Under the pieces are notes generated by a model. It searched no databases, had not been told where the DNA came from, and saw nothing but the letters and a program-made list of their open reading frames with translations. A stretch of DNA of 64,000 nucleotides from Octopus vulgaris. Its lineage: Eukaryota. This document shows, piece after piece, positions 25,887 to 40,229 of this stretch; position 1 is the stretch's first letter, and each line of letters opens with the position of its first letter. Both the position numbers and the translations under genes were made by a program. Location of the stretch: contig OX597818.1 in the NCBI GenBank assembly GCA_951406725.2, positions 58,218,001 through 58,282,000 of the forward strand, given 5' to 3'.

Positions 25887-26278
25887 AACATTAGTCCCAT
25901 CAATAATGTTTCTTGTATGGTTCCGGTTAGAGTATACAATATATCATATGGAGAGATTTCGAAACTACCCTGTTCTGAAGAAAATGATAAACTGAATTTA
26001 TTGAACATCATTCATATATAGTTAATAGAATGTACAGACGTATCTGATGATAGTAGTTCGGTCGGACGATGAATAACAATGAAATGGCCGCCGACATATT
26101 TTCTACAAAATATGGATATTTTATCCTGTTTTTGGTATAAAATTAGCATTATGCTTCCGTCTGACAATAAAATTATTTCCCTATTTGTATCTATCAATAT
26201 ATCTCAACGGTTCTAGAGCAAACTTTGTTTGTTGACTTTCAACTGAAATTGAATTTAACGTACGACTTTGTTTTCTTT

Positions 26279-26342
<64 letters not shown>

Positions 26343-26535
26343 TTATGTATGTATATGTATGTGTGTGTGTATAAGATTCAGAGAAGACTTCGTTCGATAT
26401 CTTTAAATAATTTCATAAACCTTGTCAACCATATTTGATTGAAGAGAATTCTATGCATGTCTAAATTAGAATGAATGCATTCTCCGATGTTAAATCGTTC
26501 ATCAACGCATTTATCTGGCACTTCAACAATAATAA

Positions 26536-27001
<466 letters not shown>

Positions 27002-27161
27002 CGGGTGTGTGTGATTGTGTATAGAAGAATATATTAATAAAAGGAATTCCAACCTTGTCTGATTTTCACGTTTTATTTATAATCTTATAATGATATAATA
27101 TAATATAATATAATATAATATAATAAAATAAAATAATAGAATGTTAAATGTTCATTCTGAT

Positions 27162-27206
27162 TGAACTAGTACTTTCATGCATTAAATTCTGCAATCTTCA
27201 GGTTCA
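27162..27206 (-). ncRNA. Minimal type I hammerhead ribozyme in the PLE 3' pLTR
   Basis: Minus: tgaac CTGAAGA t tgca gaatttaa tgca t GAAA gtac TA gttca; canonical core, palindromic stem III as in PLE minimal HHRs. Confidence 0.85.
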
Positions 27207-27687
27207 TGTAGTAGTGGTGACAGTCATGCTTCACAATTTTTGACTGTAGCGAGATGATTGAATCCGTGCTTTAAATACAGCTGTGAAGGCTCCAGATGCT
27301 AGGTTTTCCAAACTGTATTCTGACCAATCAGTGTGTAGCATCACTCAATTACTTAAGCTGATTGGTTGGTTGAGGCTGTCGGTTTAGGCGTCACGCTTTG
27401 TTGGACATGTCAAAAGTCCTGTATCTTGACCCTGGCCGAAGCAGCAATTGTTGGGCTATTTTTAGAAATGTAAATAACCTTTGTCAGGGATTTTTATATT
27501 TCAATTGTCATCATCATCATCATCGTCAGCACCTTAATTATTGTTTCTAGTGGTGATGGTGGTGGTAATAGAACGTTTAACCCTAAATAAGATAGTTTTC
27601 CTGCTATCTAAGTATTATTATTATTGCTTATTTAGCTTGGGTTCGAATTTATCAATAAAATTCTTTTCTCTGATTTTCCTCTCGATT

Positions 27688-29510
27688 TCACTTGGGCTGT
27701 GTAATTTGTAGAATGGAAATATTATATATATTTTCCGGCCACACTGTTGCTAGGTGGTTACTCAAAGGTATCTGACGGACATCTGGGTCTCTAATTTGTT
27801 GCCGGTGTACACGTGAGCGTTCTGATAATGCGTTTCCCGTCTGACCTACATATATTTCTTCAAAATTTGGGCATTTGATGCAGTAAATTAAATTTCTGGT
27901 TTTGCAATTCATATTCGCGTTTGTGAATATTTTCCCGGTTTTTGTGTTTATATATTGACCGGTATGTATGAATTGGCATGTGCCACATCGGCTATCATTG
28001 CATTTAGATACAGTGAATGTTTGGTCTTTGTTGCTGAGGTCAAATTTTGCCTTTGTTAGTAATTTTTTCAAGTTTTTAGGCTGTCTTTTACTAAGCACTA
28101 TAGCTCGATCCGTGATTATGCCTTTTAATTCATTAATTTGGGCAATGATTGGTAGGTTTGCTTTGGCAATGTTGAAGATATTCTGGTGACATGGGTTGTG
28201 TGTCACTATGAATGGTATGACTTGTTCTTGTGTTCCTCTTCCTTGGGTTGTCCTAAGTTGTTGTATGGGTATTTTTATAGCCCGCTGTATGCCATTTTCT
28301 ATAAGTAGAGATGGGTATTTTTGTTTGAGCAAAAATACTCTTAGTTCTATTAGGCGTTTGTTCCTGATATTTGCATCTTCTATAATGGTACAAATTCTTC
28401 TGGCTAGGCAGTATGGGATGTTGCGTTTTGTATGTGGTGGAAGGCACGACTTAAAATTTAGGTATTGATGTGTGTCTGTGTGTTTATAGTATATATCTGT
28501 GGTGATGGTGGTGTCTTTTTTAATTACCATTATACCTAGGAATGATAATTTGGTACTACTCATCTCCTTTGCATATTGGAGAGATGGATGTAGGTTGTTC
28601 ATGAGGACATTGAACTCTTCCAGAGTATTTAGAGATTCTGTCCAGATTATGAAGCAGTCGTCAAGGTATCTCTTCCATGCCTTTTCAATATACTTTCTAA
28701 ATCCATCTCTTGGTAGAGTTGTTGTTCTAAGTATCCCATTACAGAGTTGGCGTAAACGGGAGCAAACCTCGTTCCCATCGCTGTGCCTCTAATTTGGATG
28801 TAATTTTTTCCATTGAAGAAGAATGTGTTGTTTTCTAGAATAAGTTTGACTGTGTCTAATATAAATGGCACTGTGAATCTGCTGGGAATTATTTCTCTAT
28901 GTTTTTCTAACCAGTATTTAATCGCCTTTATTCCTAAATCGTGTGGAATATTGGTGTAGAGGCTTACCACATCAAAACTTAGTAAAACTGAATTTGTTTC
29001 TGTTGTTTTGGGAAGATGGGACAGGAAGTCGATGTCATCCCTGATGAAACTGGGTATGTAAGTACATAGTGGTTTCAAAACAATGTCAATAAAATTGCTT
29101 AGACGGTGGTTAGGGCATGCTGGACCAGCTATAATAGGTCTAAGTTTTAGGTCTTTTGGATGTAGTAATTTTATGTACTCACTTTCTTGTTCTTTTACTG
29201 CCTGTTGAATATCTTTTGATTTATGTATTTTCGGTAAGCCGTAGAAGTTGCTGGGTTTTGGTTCGAAATTGGTGATGTAGTCTCTTTCATCCGTAAGTGA
29301 GTTGTAGTGTTTTGAGTTCAGGTTGTTGATCTTTTTCATGATGTGGTGGTCTATATTTGCGGGTATTTCACAATAGAAGGTTGTGTCCTTCAGTTGGTCC
29401 TCAACCAAATCCTTATAGTATTCGGTATCCATAATAACAATTGCACCACCTTTATCTGCTTGTTTAATTATTATTGTTTGATCGTTTTGTATACGTTTAC
29501 ATGCAGACAT
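27688..29510 (-). pseudogene. PLE reverse transcriptase plus GIY-YIG endonuclease, frameshifted near 28700
   Basis: ADKGGAIV, FYGLPKIHK, LRPII, SFDVVSLYTNIP, GTAMG, WKRYLDDCF (second frame), DIYYKHTDTHQYL, CNDSRCGTC, LIYCIKC...IYVGQTG...H. Confidence 0.93.
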
Positions 29511-29818
29511 CCCTGATTTATTAATGTTTGGCCTAACATTGGTATTGCGTCTAAGGGGAAATTTAGACAGGATATCAATGTATTGGTCAAGGTAGTTATT
29601 TCTAAGGATTCATCAATCTCATTACTTTTGTTAGCGAAGAATTCTACAAGTAATTTTCGACAGACGTTTTGGATATCCTCCTTTAATTCTTGGTGGTTGG
29701 CTGTTGGTGTAGGTGAAAATCAGACAAGGTTGGAATTCCGTTTATCAATATGTATATATATATATACATATATGTATATATATGTATGTATATATATATA
29801 CATATATGTATATATATT

Positions 29819-29898
<80 letters not shown>

Positions 29899-30057
29899 TA
29901 TATATATGTACATATATATATATATATGTATGTATATATGTATATATATATGTATGTATATATATATATATATGTATGTATATATGTATATATATATGTA
30001 TGTATATATATATATATGTATGTATACATATATGTATGTATATATATATGTATATAT

Positions 30058-30089
<32 letters not shown>

Positions 30090-31056
30090 GTATGTACATA
30101 TATATGTATGTATATGTGTATGTATGTATATATGTATGAATACATATCTGTATATATACCTATATATATATGTACACACGTATATAAAGAAAGAGAGAGA
30201 GAGAGAGAGAGCAAGAGACAACAAGTGAGAAAAGGAGAGTGAGAGATACTGTGTGTTAGAAAGAGAGGCAGGGTCTCAACAGATGAAAGATAAGTGATCC
30301 ACGGATGTGGCGAGAGATTACTCTATAAGTAAATAATAAACATGCGATCATATGTTACTGATGAAGTAATATTTATAGTTTCATTTTGAATTATGCGTGC
30401 AGTATGTTTAGATCCTGTGTCCTTTTTCCATGCCCACATTTCGAAAGAGCCATTAGAAAACATTTCAACTACTTTATCAACGATGATTTTTATGTCGTCA
30501 AAATATTTTCTCTTCAGAATGTAAACATTTGTATTCAACGATTTATTTACTATTAAAAGCAACATGAGATTAAAATGTTATATTTCGTTTGTACAATTCT
30601 GGAAGTATTTTTAACATGATCTGATTAATTAATTAATTAGTTAGTTAATTAATTAGTTAATATAATAATATCCATCTTAGACTAAGTAGAGACATGGATT
30701 TGATTAAGAGAGAAAATTTCAATTAATCATAGTATTAATTGACATACATTGTAAGATGAAATCTTTATTAAACAAATAGTATGTTTTCTGATGATGAAAT
30801 TTTCGAATGAAAATTATGTACATACAAGATAATATAATTGTGAATTTTTAAAAGAAAATAATACACTATTGTGCATTCTTCATTTTGGATGTAAAACTTT
30901 GCTCACATTATTTATTTGATCTTATTTCTTCCATTTCTGGCAAGATTGAAGTAAATGAACAGGGAACGAAAAAGTTAAGAATAGTTAGGCAATATACAAT
31001 ACTGCAATACTTCAGTTTGTGGACAATATCTATGGAATTTCGTCATCAGTTTGAAA

Positions 31057-31800
31057 GGCGGCGAGCTGGCAGAATTTCGTACAGTTTGAAAAGCGGCGAG
31101 CTGGCAGAAACGTTAGCGTGCCGGGCGAAATACTTAGCAGTATTACGTCCGCCGTTACGTTCTGAGTTCAAATTATATGACGAAAAGAGGCGGCGAGCTG
31201 GCAGAAACGTTAGCGTGCCGGGCGAAATGCTTAGCAGTATGTCGTCCGCCGTTACGTTCTGAGTTCAAATTATATGACGAAAAGAGGCGGCGAGCTGGCA
31301 GAAACGTTAGCGTGCCGGGCGAAATACTTAGCAGTATTACGTCCGCCGTTACGTTCTGAGTTCAAATTATATGGAGGAAAGAGACGGTGAGCTGGCAGAA
31401 ACGTTAGCGTGCCGGGCGAAATGCTTAGCAGTATGTCGTCTGCCGTTACGTTCTGAGTTCAAAATTCCGCCGAGGTCGACTTTGCCTTTCATCCTTTCGG
31501 GGTCAATAAATTAAGTACCAGTTACGCACTGGGGTAGATGTAATCGAATTAATCCGTTTGTTTGTCCTTGTTTGTCCTCTCTTTGTTTAGCCCCTTGCGG
31601 GCAGTAAAGATATAAGTATTTTGTCTACAGCTCCGTTCTGGGTTCAAATTCCACCGAGGTCGGCTTTGCCTGTTATCCGTTCGTGGTCGATTAAATAGGT
31701 ATCAGTCACGGAGTGGGGTCGATGTAATCAACTTAATCCGTGTGTCTGTCCTTGTTTGTCCTCTCAGTGTTTAGACCCTTGTGACTAGTAAAGAAATAAG
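31057..31800 (+). repeat. SINE family B with four 97-bp tandem head repeats and a duplicated body
   Basis: Head units start at 31093, 31190, 31287 and 31384. Confidence 0.9.
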
Positions 31801-32300
31801 TATCCGTACAGTTTGAGGCGTTTGACGCTGACAGTCTTCCGTTTCTGGTTTTGTTTTGTTCGTATATATAATGTGATATGTGAATCGCTTACATGCAGTA
31901 ATTTCACAACTGCATGCGTTCGGGGAAATGTTTTGTATAGATTTTATTACTTTTCACATTATTGAAACTACAGCTTTAATGTATAACGATATAGAAATCA
32001 CAAAATTGTCATAGTCTTACAATCTCAGCTATTAGATAACTATTTGAATAAGCATGTTTGCAATAATTGGCTAATTTAGGTGATATCAGAATTGTATAAT
32101 TAATTGTATAATAAGTAACTTATATAAGACTTTTATTTCTATAAAGTTATACGGATCTACCCTAATGTTAATCACACACAGACGCGCAAATACACACACA
32201 CAAATACACATATACATGCATGGGAACACACATATACATATAAACACACATATGCCGTTATAATGGACTACACAGACGAGGAGGGAAAATATTGGTTGAA

Positions 32301-32347
32301 GTGTCGCTGAAGATGACACAGATGGGTGACGAAAACTTCCCAGACAA
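32301..32347 (+). ncRNA. Degenerate type I hammerhead motif, diverged relative of the 6453 PLE terminus
   Basis: gtgtcg CTGAAGA t gacac agatgg gtgac GAAA acttcc cagaca; downstream sequence resembles 6500-6580. Confidence 0.45.
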
Positions 32348-32523
32348 TAGGAATAAGGTAAAATAAGAACAATAATAAACGAGTGAAAAAGGAATATATA
32401 TTGCATGTGTTTATTAAAAAGAATGGGCTAATCAGAAAAGGAGGAAACACGTAAATGGAAGAGTTGCTCTCCCTCTCTCTCTCTCTCTCTCTGTATGTAT
32501 ATATACATATATATATATATATA

Positions 32524-33684
32524 CTAGCAGTATCGCCCGGCGTTGCTCGGGTTTGTAAGGGAAATAACTATATAAGCATTTCTAGAGAATTATAGCCAAA
32601 AAATAGCAAAAAAATGCATTAAAAAAGGAAAAAATATGATGGTAATTTTTTTTTTTAATCGTTGACTCATCGTAGACATTTTTAGAGAGTTACTTCCCTT
32701 ATATAATAGTGAAAAAATCGATTAAAATTGAAACAAATGATGGTAATTGTTTTAAAAAATCGTAGACTCGTCGTAGACGCTCGCGCTAATACCCAGAAGG
32801 GCTCGATATGAATCACGACTATAAGATACCCAGTTTTGGTTAAACTGCACCGCAAAATGTGGGAGTAGTTAGGAATCTAAATCGTAGGAGACAGACACAC
32901 AACTTGACTTTTATATATATACTAGCAGTATCGCCCGGCGTTGCTCGGGTTTGTAAGGGAAATTACTATAAAGCATTTTTAGAGAGTTATAGCCAAAAAA
33001 TAGCAAAAAAATGCATTAAAAATGGAAAAAAAACTATAGTAAATTTTTTTTTAAATCGTTGACTCATCGTAGAAATTTTTAGAGAGTTACTTCCCTTATA
33101 TAATAGCATTAAAATGGAAAAAATGATGGTAAATTATTTTAAAAACCGTAGACTTATCGTAGACGCGCGCTAATACCCAGAAAGGCTCGATATGAATCAC
33201 GACTATAAGATACCCGGTTTGGGTTAAACTGCGCCGCAAAATGTGGGAGTAGTTAGGAATCTATATCGTAGGAGACAGACACACAACTTCACTTTTATAT
33301 ATAAAGATTTGTGCAACAACTAAAACATTCGGTTGTGTAAATTGTTTGCACAGGAAACCTGCCCTGTGTGGCGGTTTTTGCCGTTTTTGTGGATCTGTTT
33401 CAGCTTTTTTAGCGATTTCTGTTTTGGCGACATCAAGCCATGAAGTCGTTGTTCTAAAAGAACGCTGGTCTCCTTTACGACGTTGATTTCCTTACACTCC
33501 CTTCCCCACAGCTTCACGAGGGAGGGAAGAACGGGGAGAAGCAACACAGGTGTAGGTGTGAGCATGGACGCCAACTCCGCCGCCATCGACACACGAAAAA
33601 ATATGCGTTAAAATGGAAAAAAATGATGTTAAATTATTTTTAAAATCGTAGACTCTCACACAACTTCACTTTTATATATATAGA
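32524..33684 (-). mobile_element. Tandem/composite non-autonomous Helitron
   Basis: Minus strand begins TCT(T/A)TATATATAAAAG and ends with hairpin CCCGAGCAACGCCGGG then CTAG; 3' ends at 32524 and 32922, 5' ends near 33307 and 33684. Confidence 0.85.
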
Positions 33685-34082
33685 TATATATAATTTCATT
33701 TAGAGATAGTAGTCCCCTTCATCCCACCATATAAAAAAATTTTAGTTTAATTTAAAACTTACAATTCACTTCCCAGGTACACGTGTTTCTTGAGGTTCTT
33801 TTACGATTCCTTAAGCACATCGTGTTTTACAAGAACCCTACTTAAAATGAAACCACAATCATCAGTCCTCTAAATAACTTTATCATAGTTCGATACCAAA
33901 TACTATGTTTTAATTTTTATTTCCTCATTCAAAATAATTTGAACCCCTGTGATGCCAGATATTTTATTCCCTAATAAATAAAATAAAATAAAATATATAT
34001 ATATATATATATATATATCAGATATTTTATTCCAGGCTACTAATAAATAAAATAAAATACCTTTTTTTTTAAATTTTCTCCT

Positions 34083-34129
<47 letters not shown>

Positions 34130-35768
34130 AATTCTACATACCGGAGTCGAAAGCCTCATAGAAATAATTTCATTTGAAATGCTTTTCAACGTGACGATCT
34201 ATTGCAATTATTTAAATAACATACAAAATTCTATAGAAATGAAAATGAATTGTACAAAATTATATAGTAAAATGGAAACGTATAAAAACGAATACGCACA
34301 CACATTCACATGTGTAAGTATATATTGATGCATATGAACATATACATATATGTGCGTGTTTGTGTGTGCGTACGTAATGAATTAGATTGCTCACTATGAA
34401 GACAAATATATTTTCATAAAACATTTACAGAGGCTTCAAGATAAACATCTAGAATGTGTCGTGTGCTGGTGTGTGGTGAGTATTTATATACACACTTGGG
34501 TTTACCTGCACTTGTACATCTCTCAGTGTAATGTATGCATCTGTATTCTTGTGAGATTCTATAAATAAATTTTCCAGACAGATTTTTATCTGCTCTCTCA
34601 CTCCCTTTTAGCAAATTACAAATACATTAATATTTTCATGACAAAGTGCATCGCAATTATCTTAATTCTCACGCTTGCATTATTCTTTAGTTGTCCAACG
34701 TATCCAGACATAGCCGGGAGGGATCACAAATGGTTGTTTATCACTATTTGCACATTTACTGTGTAGAACTCCGTTGGATATCGAAGCTGTTATTCTTGAC
34801 CTAATAACCTCAACTCAAATACTGAAATCAGGTTGGTGTGTTAAGCGTATGCCCATATATGAATATTAATATCGATATGTGTAAATGTGCGTATCATTTG
34901 GTGTACGCATAGTTCTGCATGTGATTTCAGTGAAAATGTATTCATACTGTATTCCTATCTGCGAAATTTGAAGATGTTATTTGCAGATAATCAGTCAAAT
35001 TATTGCAGCATTTCAATAATTATAATCTTCTACTTCCCCAGTAAAGTTGATATTTAAAAAAGAAAACATGTTGAGGTCGATATATTATGTACTAAACAAA
35101 ATCCTGGGCTCTCTATATTCGAAAAGCCATCTAATTCCAATGTCCTGTAAAAGCCCTTATCCATGAATGATATCACACAATGTTTTATCCCCTTTTCTTG
35201 TCTTTCCATGAAATAAATATAATCTCCCATAAAGTGGTGCTTCAAATTTGTTATTCACTGATTGAGAATCGATATTTTCTAGATTTCCAACTCTAATATC
35301 AAATTTGGTTGTTGTTACTAATCGAACATAAACCTGAAGAGGATAAACATTTTCAGAAATTGATTGAAGTGCTAAAGTTATCACATTCTTAATCTTATGA
35401 TTATGATGATATTACAGACATACGGATTATGTGTGTGTGTTTGTATATTCGCTTGTAAACGTGATTAAGCGGTGATTGATTCGCTTCCTAAAGCCAACCC
35501 TGTCATGCATCGTGGTCCCTCATTTATTCTGTACCAATTTACTAAGCAGGAATGAATTCCAAACGAAATCTGGTGTAACCATTACAAATCCAAATGCCGC
35601 ATCTTCGATCTTCCGATCTTTCAGCGGCACGGATTCTGAGGCGCTGTGCTTGCTTACAGACATATATTGTATTGAAACAATGACTGTATACATGACCTCC
35701 GCTGTCATGTTCTTTCGTAGTCGCAGCTGAATGACGTCCGCCAATCTGTAAAGCATATTTTGCTATAA

Positions 35769-35935
35769 AAGGCTTCTCGGCCTTTTGGCTGATCAAAGTG
35801 TAGTATCTGTTCTTATCAGTTTAATATCTAATACGGTCCTTATTTGTGGCCATCGATATTAAACTGATTTTTAGAACGAGGCGAAGTGCCACGGGTTGGC
35901 CTGGTATAGCAGTACTTCCAGGATTCAGCCCATCT
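35769..35935 (+). ncRNA. RNU2: U2 snRNA copy, probably a pseudogene or variant
   Basis: GCTTCTCGGCCTTTTGGCT(--)GATCAAAGTGTAGTATCTGTTCTTATCAGTTTAATATC, Sm site GATTTTTAG, stem IV CCTGGTATAGCAGTACTTCCAGG; 2-nt deletion in stem I and shortened stem III region. Confidence 0.9.
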
Positions 35936-36021
35936 CCCACCTGGGAGATCTTTAAGAGAAAAGACGGTGCTCCAGCATGGCCACAGCCAAAGGACTGAAA
36001 CAACTAAAAGAATAAAAGAGA

Positions 36022-36173
36022 ATAAGCGCTGGTAAGAAGCGTACTTCCCAACCACATGGCTTTAGGTTCGATCCCACTGCGTGGAAGTTTGGGCAAGGGT
36101 TTTCTTTTAAAGGCTTATGTCGACAAACGCCTTGTGATTGGATTTGGTAGACGGAAACTGAAAGAAGTCCGTC

Positions 36174-36221
<48 letters not shown>

Positions 36222-36445
36222 GTGTGTAAGAGTGTGTGTATCAAATGTGCGTGTGTATTTCTTTCTGTGTGTCTCTCACCACCACGGCTTGATAACAAGT
36301 GCTGGTAACGTAGCAATTCCGCAAATGAGACCAATACGAACCAAGCTTGAAAACGGAGTATTGGGTTCGATTCATTCGACTAACAATTCAACGCGGTGCC
36401 CCAGTATGACCGCAGTGAAGTGACTGAAACATGTAATAGGTAAAA
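36022..36445 (+). mobile_element. Old diverged SINE family A
   Basis: GGTTCGATCCCACTGCGTGG...GGTGCCCCAGTATGACCGCAG. Confidence 0.75.
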
Positions 36446-37082
36446 GATATATGTGTGCTTGTGTTCGGACGTGAATATATGTTTGTGTGAATGTATGTTG
36501 GTATGTGTACATATATGTACACTTACACACGCACACACATGTATGTCTTAAACACGCACGCACACACAACTTTGGTCATGTAGCTGAAATGTAGCTGCAA
36601 GCAGATGTGTAGCATTGTGCAGTATATAAAAACGTAACTTTGTAAATATTTTGAATTAATACTTAATAAACTGAGAAATCTGAGAGAAACCAGAATAATA
36701 AAAACGAGGGCAGACTCATATAATGACGAAGGAAGGGAAATGATGGTGAAGATATTTTTGGTTAAACAGTTGAGGAAATTATATGCAGTCTACATAGAGT
36801 GATTCTGCTAAAGCGTTGAAATACATCAATGGAAAATAATATACATGTTTACGCTACTCTTTTCATGTTCATACCACATTGGACATCAAATAAGTTGTGA
36901 GAGGTTTCTTTTGGAATGACAGACAAGTCTGTGATATTTTCTATTCTACAATTTCCGATAAAAGTTGCTGTTTAGATTCAATGATATCCCGACGTAAATT
37001 GGGATGGTGGAGCGTGGCGTGGTCGGTTGTACATATTTAGAATTAACGAATTGGCCATTTTAGTAGCGGGATATGAAATACC

Positions 37083-37286
37083 CTTTTACTCTTTTACTTG
37101 TTTCAGTCATTTGACTGTGGCCATGCTGGAGCACCGCCTTTAGTCGAGCAAATCGACTACAGTACTTATTCTCTGGAAGCCTAGTACTTATCTATCGTTC
37201 TATTTTGCCGAACCGCTAAGTTACGGGGACGGAAACACACCAGCATTGGTTGTCAAGCGATGTTAGGGGGACAAACACGTACGCAT

Positions 37287-37381
<95 letters not shown>

Positions 37382-37546
37382 TACGATGGGCTTCGTTCAG
37401 TTTCTGTCTACTAAATCCACTCACAAGGCTTTGGTCGGCCCGAGGCTATAGTAGAAGACACTTGCCCAAGATGCCACGCAGTGGGACTGTACCCGGAACC
37501 GTGTGGTTGGTAAGCAAGCTACTTACCACACAGTCACTCCTGCGCC
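37083..37546 (-). mobile_element. SINE family A
   Basis: Full-length match. Confidence 0.9.
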
Positions 37547-38186
37547 TATTATTTTGCGAAGTTATTTCGGGATGATGTTTTCTTTAAAGCTTGAATTTAA
37601 TATCAGTGTTCATTTATGACTGTAAGTCCATGCAACTGCAACGCATAATATTTGGGATGGATGAAAGAATGACATTTTGTTTTTGGTTGCTGTATCTAAA
37701 CATAGCTCAATCTAAGTATGTGTGTTTATTTATGTAATTAAATTACTGGATTTGTCGATAAGGAAGATTTTTATTATTTCGTTTCGTATAATAATTTTCC
37801 AGCAGTGGTATTACAATACGTACACGTATATAAGCTTACATCAATTTATGTATATAAATGTATACGTATAAAAGTTGGCACGAAGCTACGGAAGTTAATA
37901 TGCATACAGCTCTTCATAAAAATATTCCAAACGTACCACTTAATTTTCAACATAGAATCAATGGCATACGTGTGTGCATATGTGTGTGTGCGCGCTAGTG
38001 AACGAGTGTGTGAATCGGTATATAAGTACACACGCCCCCACATACACATATACGAACCGGTGTTTCAAATGAAGATGTCACGGAAACATTTGTAACTTAT
38101 AATTAAGATAAAACATATAACGATGATTACGTAAAGTGCAAAATAATAAATAAAACGTATATATTTAATAGAATAACATTTTTTTC

Positions 38187-38249
<63 letters not shown>

Positions 38250-39216
38250 TGAAATTCGATTTAGTATTTCTAAATTGAATTTTTCCTGTACGTTTGGAAT
38301 AATATTCCCCCATATTATATATATATATAAATAACTGAGAGACACAAGTTGGAATATACGAGAATATATTATTAATCATAACAATTGTTTCAACATATCT
38401 AGCATCGACTTCTCTTGTGGGACACACAAACTCTAGTTCAGAAATATCCGCTGGTGCAGACGTATCTTAGCGAGGGTTAAATAAATAAATATAAAAATTG
38501 CGTTAAAATGACCGTTCCATAATGCAACTTTCCGTTTTGTAGAAAGAAAGACAGCTAGACGAAGGAAAATTCTTCATATATATAGAACATCCCCCCAAAA
38601 AAATTGCAGAAGACAAAAATAAGTACCTTACAAACTATATTAAATATACTCAAATTAAAACAGTAGAAAATAACTAATATAAAATTAATATATATTTTAA
38701 TTTCAGATATGAAGCATCTAAATAGCATAGTATATATTTTTGCAAGGAATAATTAATAAAATATATGATATTATCGTAAACACTGTCTATATACATTTTT
38801 TAAACTCTTCATATTAGTTATTATAAATGAGAAATGTTGTACAATATCTCGTGGCATGTTGACCAGACATTATTTGATCAAAGAAATTAGTTAAAATGGT
38901 TGCCATACGTCAATGCAGCTGTAATTGCTTCCACTCTATACAATTCATAAAGTTGTATAAAAGAAAAGACTGCGTATCCTAAAATATAATGAAGTATACA
39001 ACCAGCTGGAGTACAGCCATATACATAACATGGAAAAATATTGAAGAATTTTTAAAACGGGTCTTTTAAAATATGGCAATTGTAAAATGCAAAGTAATAG
39101 TTTTATATTTGGACTACAATAGGATCGTCATCAATATTAATGATGGTGATTGGTGTAGTCATCAACACCCATAAAAATTTTACGCAATCGATTAGTTAAA
39201 AAAATAGGAAAAAAAA

Positions 39217-39380
39217 GGCGCAGAAGTGGCTGTGTGGTAAGAAGCTTGCTTACCAAACCACATGGCTCCGGTTTCATTCCCACTGCGTGGCACCTTATGC
39301 AAGTGTCTTTTACTCTAGCCTCGGGCCGACCAAAGCCTTTTGAGTGGATTTGGTAGACGGAAACTGAAAGAAACCTGTCG

Positions 39381-39411
<31 letters not shown>

Positions 39412-39637
39412 GCATGTGTGTATATGTGTGTGTGTTTGTGTGTTTGTCCCCCAACTTCGCTTGAAAACCGATGTTAGTGTGTCTACGTCCCCGTAACTTG
39501 GCGGTTCGCCAAAAGAGACCGATAGAATAAGTACTAGGCTTACAACGAATACGTCCCGGGGTCGATTTGCTCGACTAAAAGCGGTGCTCCACCATGGCCG
39601 CAGTCAAATGACTGAAACAAGTAAAAGAGAGTAAAGA
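39217..39637 (+). mobile_element. SINE family A
   Basis: Full-length match. Confidence 0.9.
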
Positions 39638-39744
39638 GGGTACGTAATATTTTGATGAGTTTAGAAAGCAGCACGAAAACTTTCGTGTTTTGCTATTGAA
39701 TGTGCATATATATTTTTTAATTGTTTTCATGGGCTAGAGGGGAA

Positions 39745-40099
39745 TAAATATAGAGGGGACAAACAAGGACAGAGAAAGGGATTAAGTCGATTACATCGAG
39801 ACCAGTGCTTATTTAATCGATCCCGAACGGATGAAAGGCAAAGTCGACCTCAGTGGGATTTGAACTCATAACATAGGGGCTGGCGAAATACACATTTCTT
39901 TACTAGCCACAAGCCGCTAAACACAGAGGGGAAAAAACAAGGACAAACAAACAGATTAAGTCGATTATATCGACCTCCATGCATAACTGGTATTTAATTT
40001 ATTAGCCCTGAAAGAATGAAAGGCAAAGTCGACCTCGGCTGATGAAATACCGCTAAGCATTTCACCCGGCGTGCTAACATTTCTGCCAGCTCACCGCCC
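39745..40099 (-). mobile_element. SINE family B dimer
   Basis: Reverse complement of family B head and two bodies. Confidence 0.8.
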
Positions 40100-40229
40100 T
40101 AACGTAAACATATATTACAAGGTCTCTGAAGAGAATATTTCGTCAGCAGTAAGTACATGTTTCCTATAAAATATTTTGGATTAAGAAATAGAAAACCAAC
40201 GTAGAAGATGCGACATATGAATTATGAAC

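Larger units (their letters stand above)
27031..29751 (-). mobile_element. 5'-truncated Penelope-like retroelement (Neptune-like by its Cys linker) in (TA)n
   Basis: RT plus GIY-YIG ORF, HHR in the 3' region, and a 39-bp terminal inverted repeat (27031-27069 / 29713-29751). Confidence 0.92.

Noticed and set aside
31057-31465. CRISPR-like regular repeat
   Set aside because: Contiguous tandem SINE heads with no unique spacers, no cas genes, eukaryotic context.
38376-38445. Minus-strand GAAA-CAATTG-TT palindromic stem III remnant
   Set aside because: No recognisable CUGANGA at a suitable distance; too decayed to call.
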